Shown: positions 62,294-64,000 of the stretch, in pieces
How the letters are laid out: every line of letters starts with the position of its first letter
Numbering within the stretch: position 1 is the stretch's first letter
DNA from: Flavobacteriales bacterium
GTDB taxonomy: Bacteria > Bacteroidota > Bacteroidia > Flavobacteriales_D > Sanyastnellaceae
Direction: 5' to 3'
Length of the DNA stretch: 64,000 nt
NCBI GenBank assembly: GCA_044371535.1
Contig: JBILTL010000001.1
Span: 9,668 to 73,667 of the forward strand
The notes under the pieces: generated by a model
The model's input: the letters and a program-made list of their open reading frames with translations, nothing else
The model's database searches: none
What the model was told of the DNA's origin: nothing
Made by a program: the position numbers and the translations under genes

Positions 62294-64000
62294 ATCCTCG
62301 GAAATCTTGCAGGATTTCCTTCAGACATAACCGCATAAATAGCTTCAACAATATCGTCAACCGATGGCTTACTGAAGTAATCTCCGTCTGTTGAATAGGC
62401 CGGTAAATGCGGCTTTGAAGTAATTGTAATTGGTTGTGCGTCTAAGTAATTGAAAGCGCGTTGCTTGTTAATGATCTGATCTAATAAGTACGCAGAAGCT
62501 CCTCCTTCCACATCTTCATCAACAACAACCAAACGATTTGTTTTCTGAACGCTCGATGCTGAAATTCCCGTCGTATCGAATGGAAGAAGCGTTTGCGCAT
62601 CTACCACTTCCACAGAAATTCCCATGTTCGCTAATTCGTCGGCAGCGTTCAAACACAAGTGAAGCGTGCTACCGTATGAAACAACAGTGATGTCACTTCC
62701 CACTTTCACAACCTCTGCAACACCAATAGGAACAACCATTTCAGAAAGATTGCTCGGCATTTTTTCTTTTTTGCGGTATCCGTTCAAACACTCAACAACC
62801 AACGCTGGGTCGTTTCCTTTCAACAAATTATTGTACATACCCGCCGCTTGAGTCATGTTCCTTGGAACACACACCACCATTCCGCGAACACTGCTAATGA
62901 TAGCACCCATAGGGCTTCCGCTGTGCCAGATACCTTCTAGTCTGTGACCGCGCGTGCTGATAATTGCCGGAGCCATTTGACCGCCTGCAGATCTGTAACG
63001 CACACTAGCCAAGTCGTCGCGCATAATTTGAAGCGCGTAATAGATGTAATCCAAGTACTGAATTTCAGCAACCGGACGAAGTCCGCGCATAGCCAAACCA
63101 ATCGCTTGTCCAACAATCGTTGCCTCGCGAATACCTGTATCGGTCACGCGCAATTCTCCGTATTTATCTTGAAGTCCTTCGCACGTTTGGTTTACTCCAC
63201 CAATCTTTCCAACGTCTTCTCCGAAGATTAAAACTTCCGGCATTTCAGCCAACTTCGCATCCCAAAAATCACGCAACACAACGCGCCCATCTACCATCTC
63301 TGCATCGCTTGCATATTGAATTGAAACGGAACGATCTAAATCATGACGGTCGCTATAAAGCTCGCTGCTGTAAGCTTTGTGCATGCGCTCTTGCGCATTG
63401 GCTAACCAATTTTTTATATTTTGAATTTCAGCTGAGTGCTGACCACGAACCTTGCGCAACACTTTTCGAATAGCTTCGAAAACATCTTTGCGAATGGCTT
63501 CGCCGTTGTTTTTCAAAGAAGCTGCAACTTCTGATTCTCCAGCTGCTTCTAGCAAAGCAATGGCCGCGTTTACGTCGGCCTGAATTTGCGCGCGGAATTC
63601 GTCCCATGCTGTGCGTTGTTCGGTACGTGCTTGTGCTTTTGCTTTCGCGCGCAACTCGTCTAACTCTTCTTGTTTTGCAACTTTCTTGTCTGTCAAAAAT
63701 TTTCCAAACTGAACAATACAATCGAATTCGTCATACCACTCCAACAGCTCTTTCGTCTTGTAACGCTCATGAGAACCGCTCGTGCTGTGGCCTTGCGGCT
63801 GCGTCAATTCTTCAACATGAATTAAAACAGGTTGATGGTGTGTGCGCGAATGCTTCACCGCTTGCTCAAACATGAGCATCAATTCCGCATAATCCCAACC
63901 CTTCGCCTTGAATATTTTTATTCCGCCAGCACCCGGTTCGCTTTGCATTCCGCTTAACGAATCAGAGATGCTTTCTTTCGCTGTCTGATATTTTTTCGGA
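62290..64000 (-). CDS. Fused 2-oxoacid (branched-chain) dehydrogenase E1 alpha/beta subunit; 5' end runs off the window
   Basis: The reading frame stays open upstream of the track's Met to nt 64000 (PKKYQTAKESISDSLSGMQSEPG). The C-terminal two thirds have transketolase-like pyrimidine-binding and C-terminal domains (VLIFGEDVGKIGGVN, VVDAQTLLPFD). Confidence 0.85.
   Translation of the reverse strand, partial: PKKYQTAKESISDSLSGMQSEPGAGGIKIFKAKGWDYAELMLMFEQAVKHSRTHHQPVLIHVEELTQPQGHSTSGSHERYKTKELLEWYDEFDCIVQFGKFLTDKKVAKQEELDELRAKAKAQARTEQRTAWDEFRAQIQADVNAAIALLEAAGESEVAASLKNNGEAIRKDVFEAIRKVLRKVRGQHSAEIQNIKNWLANAQERMHKAYSSELYSDRHDLDRSVSIQYASDAEMVDGRVVLRDFWDAKLAEMPEVLIFGEDVGKIGGVNQTCEGLQDKYGELRVTDTGIREATIVGQAIGLAMRGLRPVAEIQYLDYIYYALQIMRDDLASVRYRSAGGQMAPAIISTRGHRLEGIWHSGSPMGAIISSVRGMVVCVPRNMTQAAGMYNNLLKGNDPALVVECLNGYRKKEKMPSNLSEMVVPIGVAEVVKVGSDITVVSYGSTLHLCLNAADELANMGISVEVVDAQTLLPFDTTGISASSVQKTNRLVVVDEDVEGGASAYLLDQIINKQRAFNYLDAQPITITSKPHLPAYSTDGDYFSKPSVDDIVEAIYAVMSEGNPARFPRI

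Noticed and set aside
1-64000. Search for tRNA, rRNA, tmRNA, riboswitch or transposase/integrase genes
   Set aside because: Every spacer long enough to hold an RNA gene is occupied by repeat arrays or short promoter regions. I saw no cloverleaf-like or rRNA-like sequence and no transposase or integrase motifs in any ORF. An absence judged by eye is not proof, so a covariance-model scan should confirm it.

Overview
This is a 64-kb chromosomal segment from a Bacteroidota-type genome. The taxon call rests on a T9SS C-terminal sorting domain, TAnnTTTG -7 boxes, CarboxypepD_reg-type TonB receptors and many DUF families typical of Flavobacteriia or Cytophagia. GC content is mid-40s % by eye. I call 55 protein genes, almost all housekeeping or envelope functions. 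They include a tetR-tolC-mfp-RND efflux operon (the RND gene runs off the left edge), pyrC, an MBOAT/AlgX-like O-acylation pair and pgm. There are nucleotide-sugar genes (rfbA, rfbB, gmd, tviB-like), ptrB, ispD, a NeuB-like synthase, sod, asmA, rsmF-like, rsmA, fbp and LPS-core glycosyltransferases. Also present are ispB, a complete suf operon (A-B-C-D-S-E plus DUF59), a 1459-aa T9SS cargo protein, nhaD, exbBD, a Glu/Leu/Phe/Val dehydrogenase, a TonB-dependent receptor and a fused 2-oxoacid dehydrogenase E1 (runs off the right edge). An AbiEi/AbiEii type IV toxin-antitoxin (abortive infection) pair is the only recognisable defence module. I found no rRNA, tRNA, CRISPR array or transposase. The unusual signal is non-coding. 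11 of the 12 intergenic spacers longer than 100 bp are filled by arrays of 12-19-nt units. Each unit is a short constant word (GATCAAT, GATGAC or CAAGAT) plus a variable-sequence stem closing a TNC or GNA triloop. Complete arrays are two-armed, with the arms in inverted orientation. One such array sits in-frame inside pgm, and two homologous arrays bracket the AbiE cassette. All protein calls rest on motif recognition and gene context only. No database search was run.
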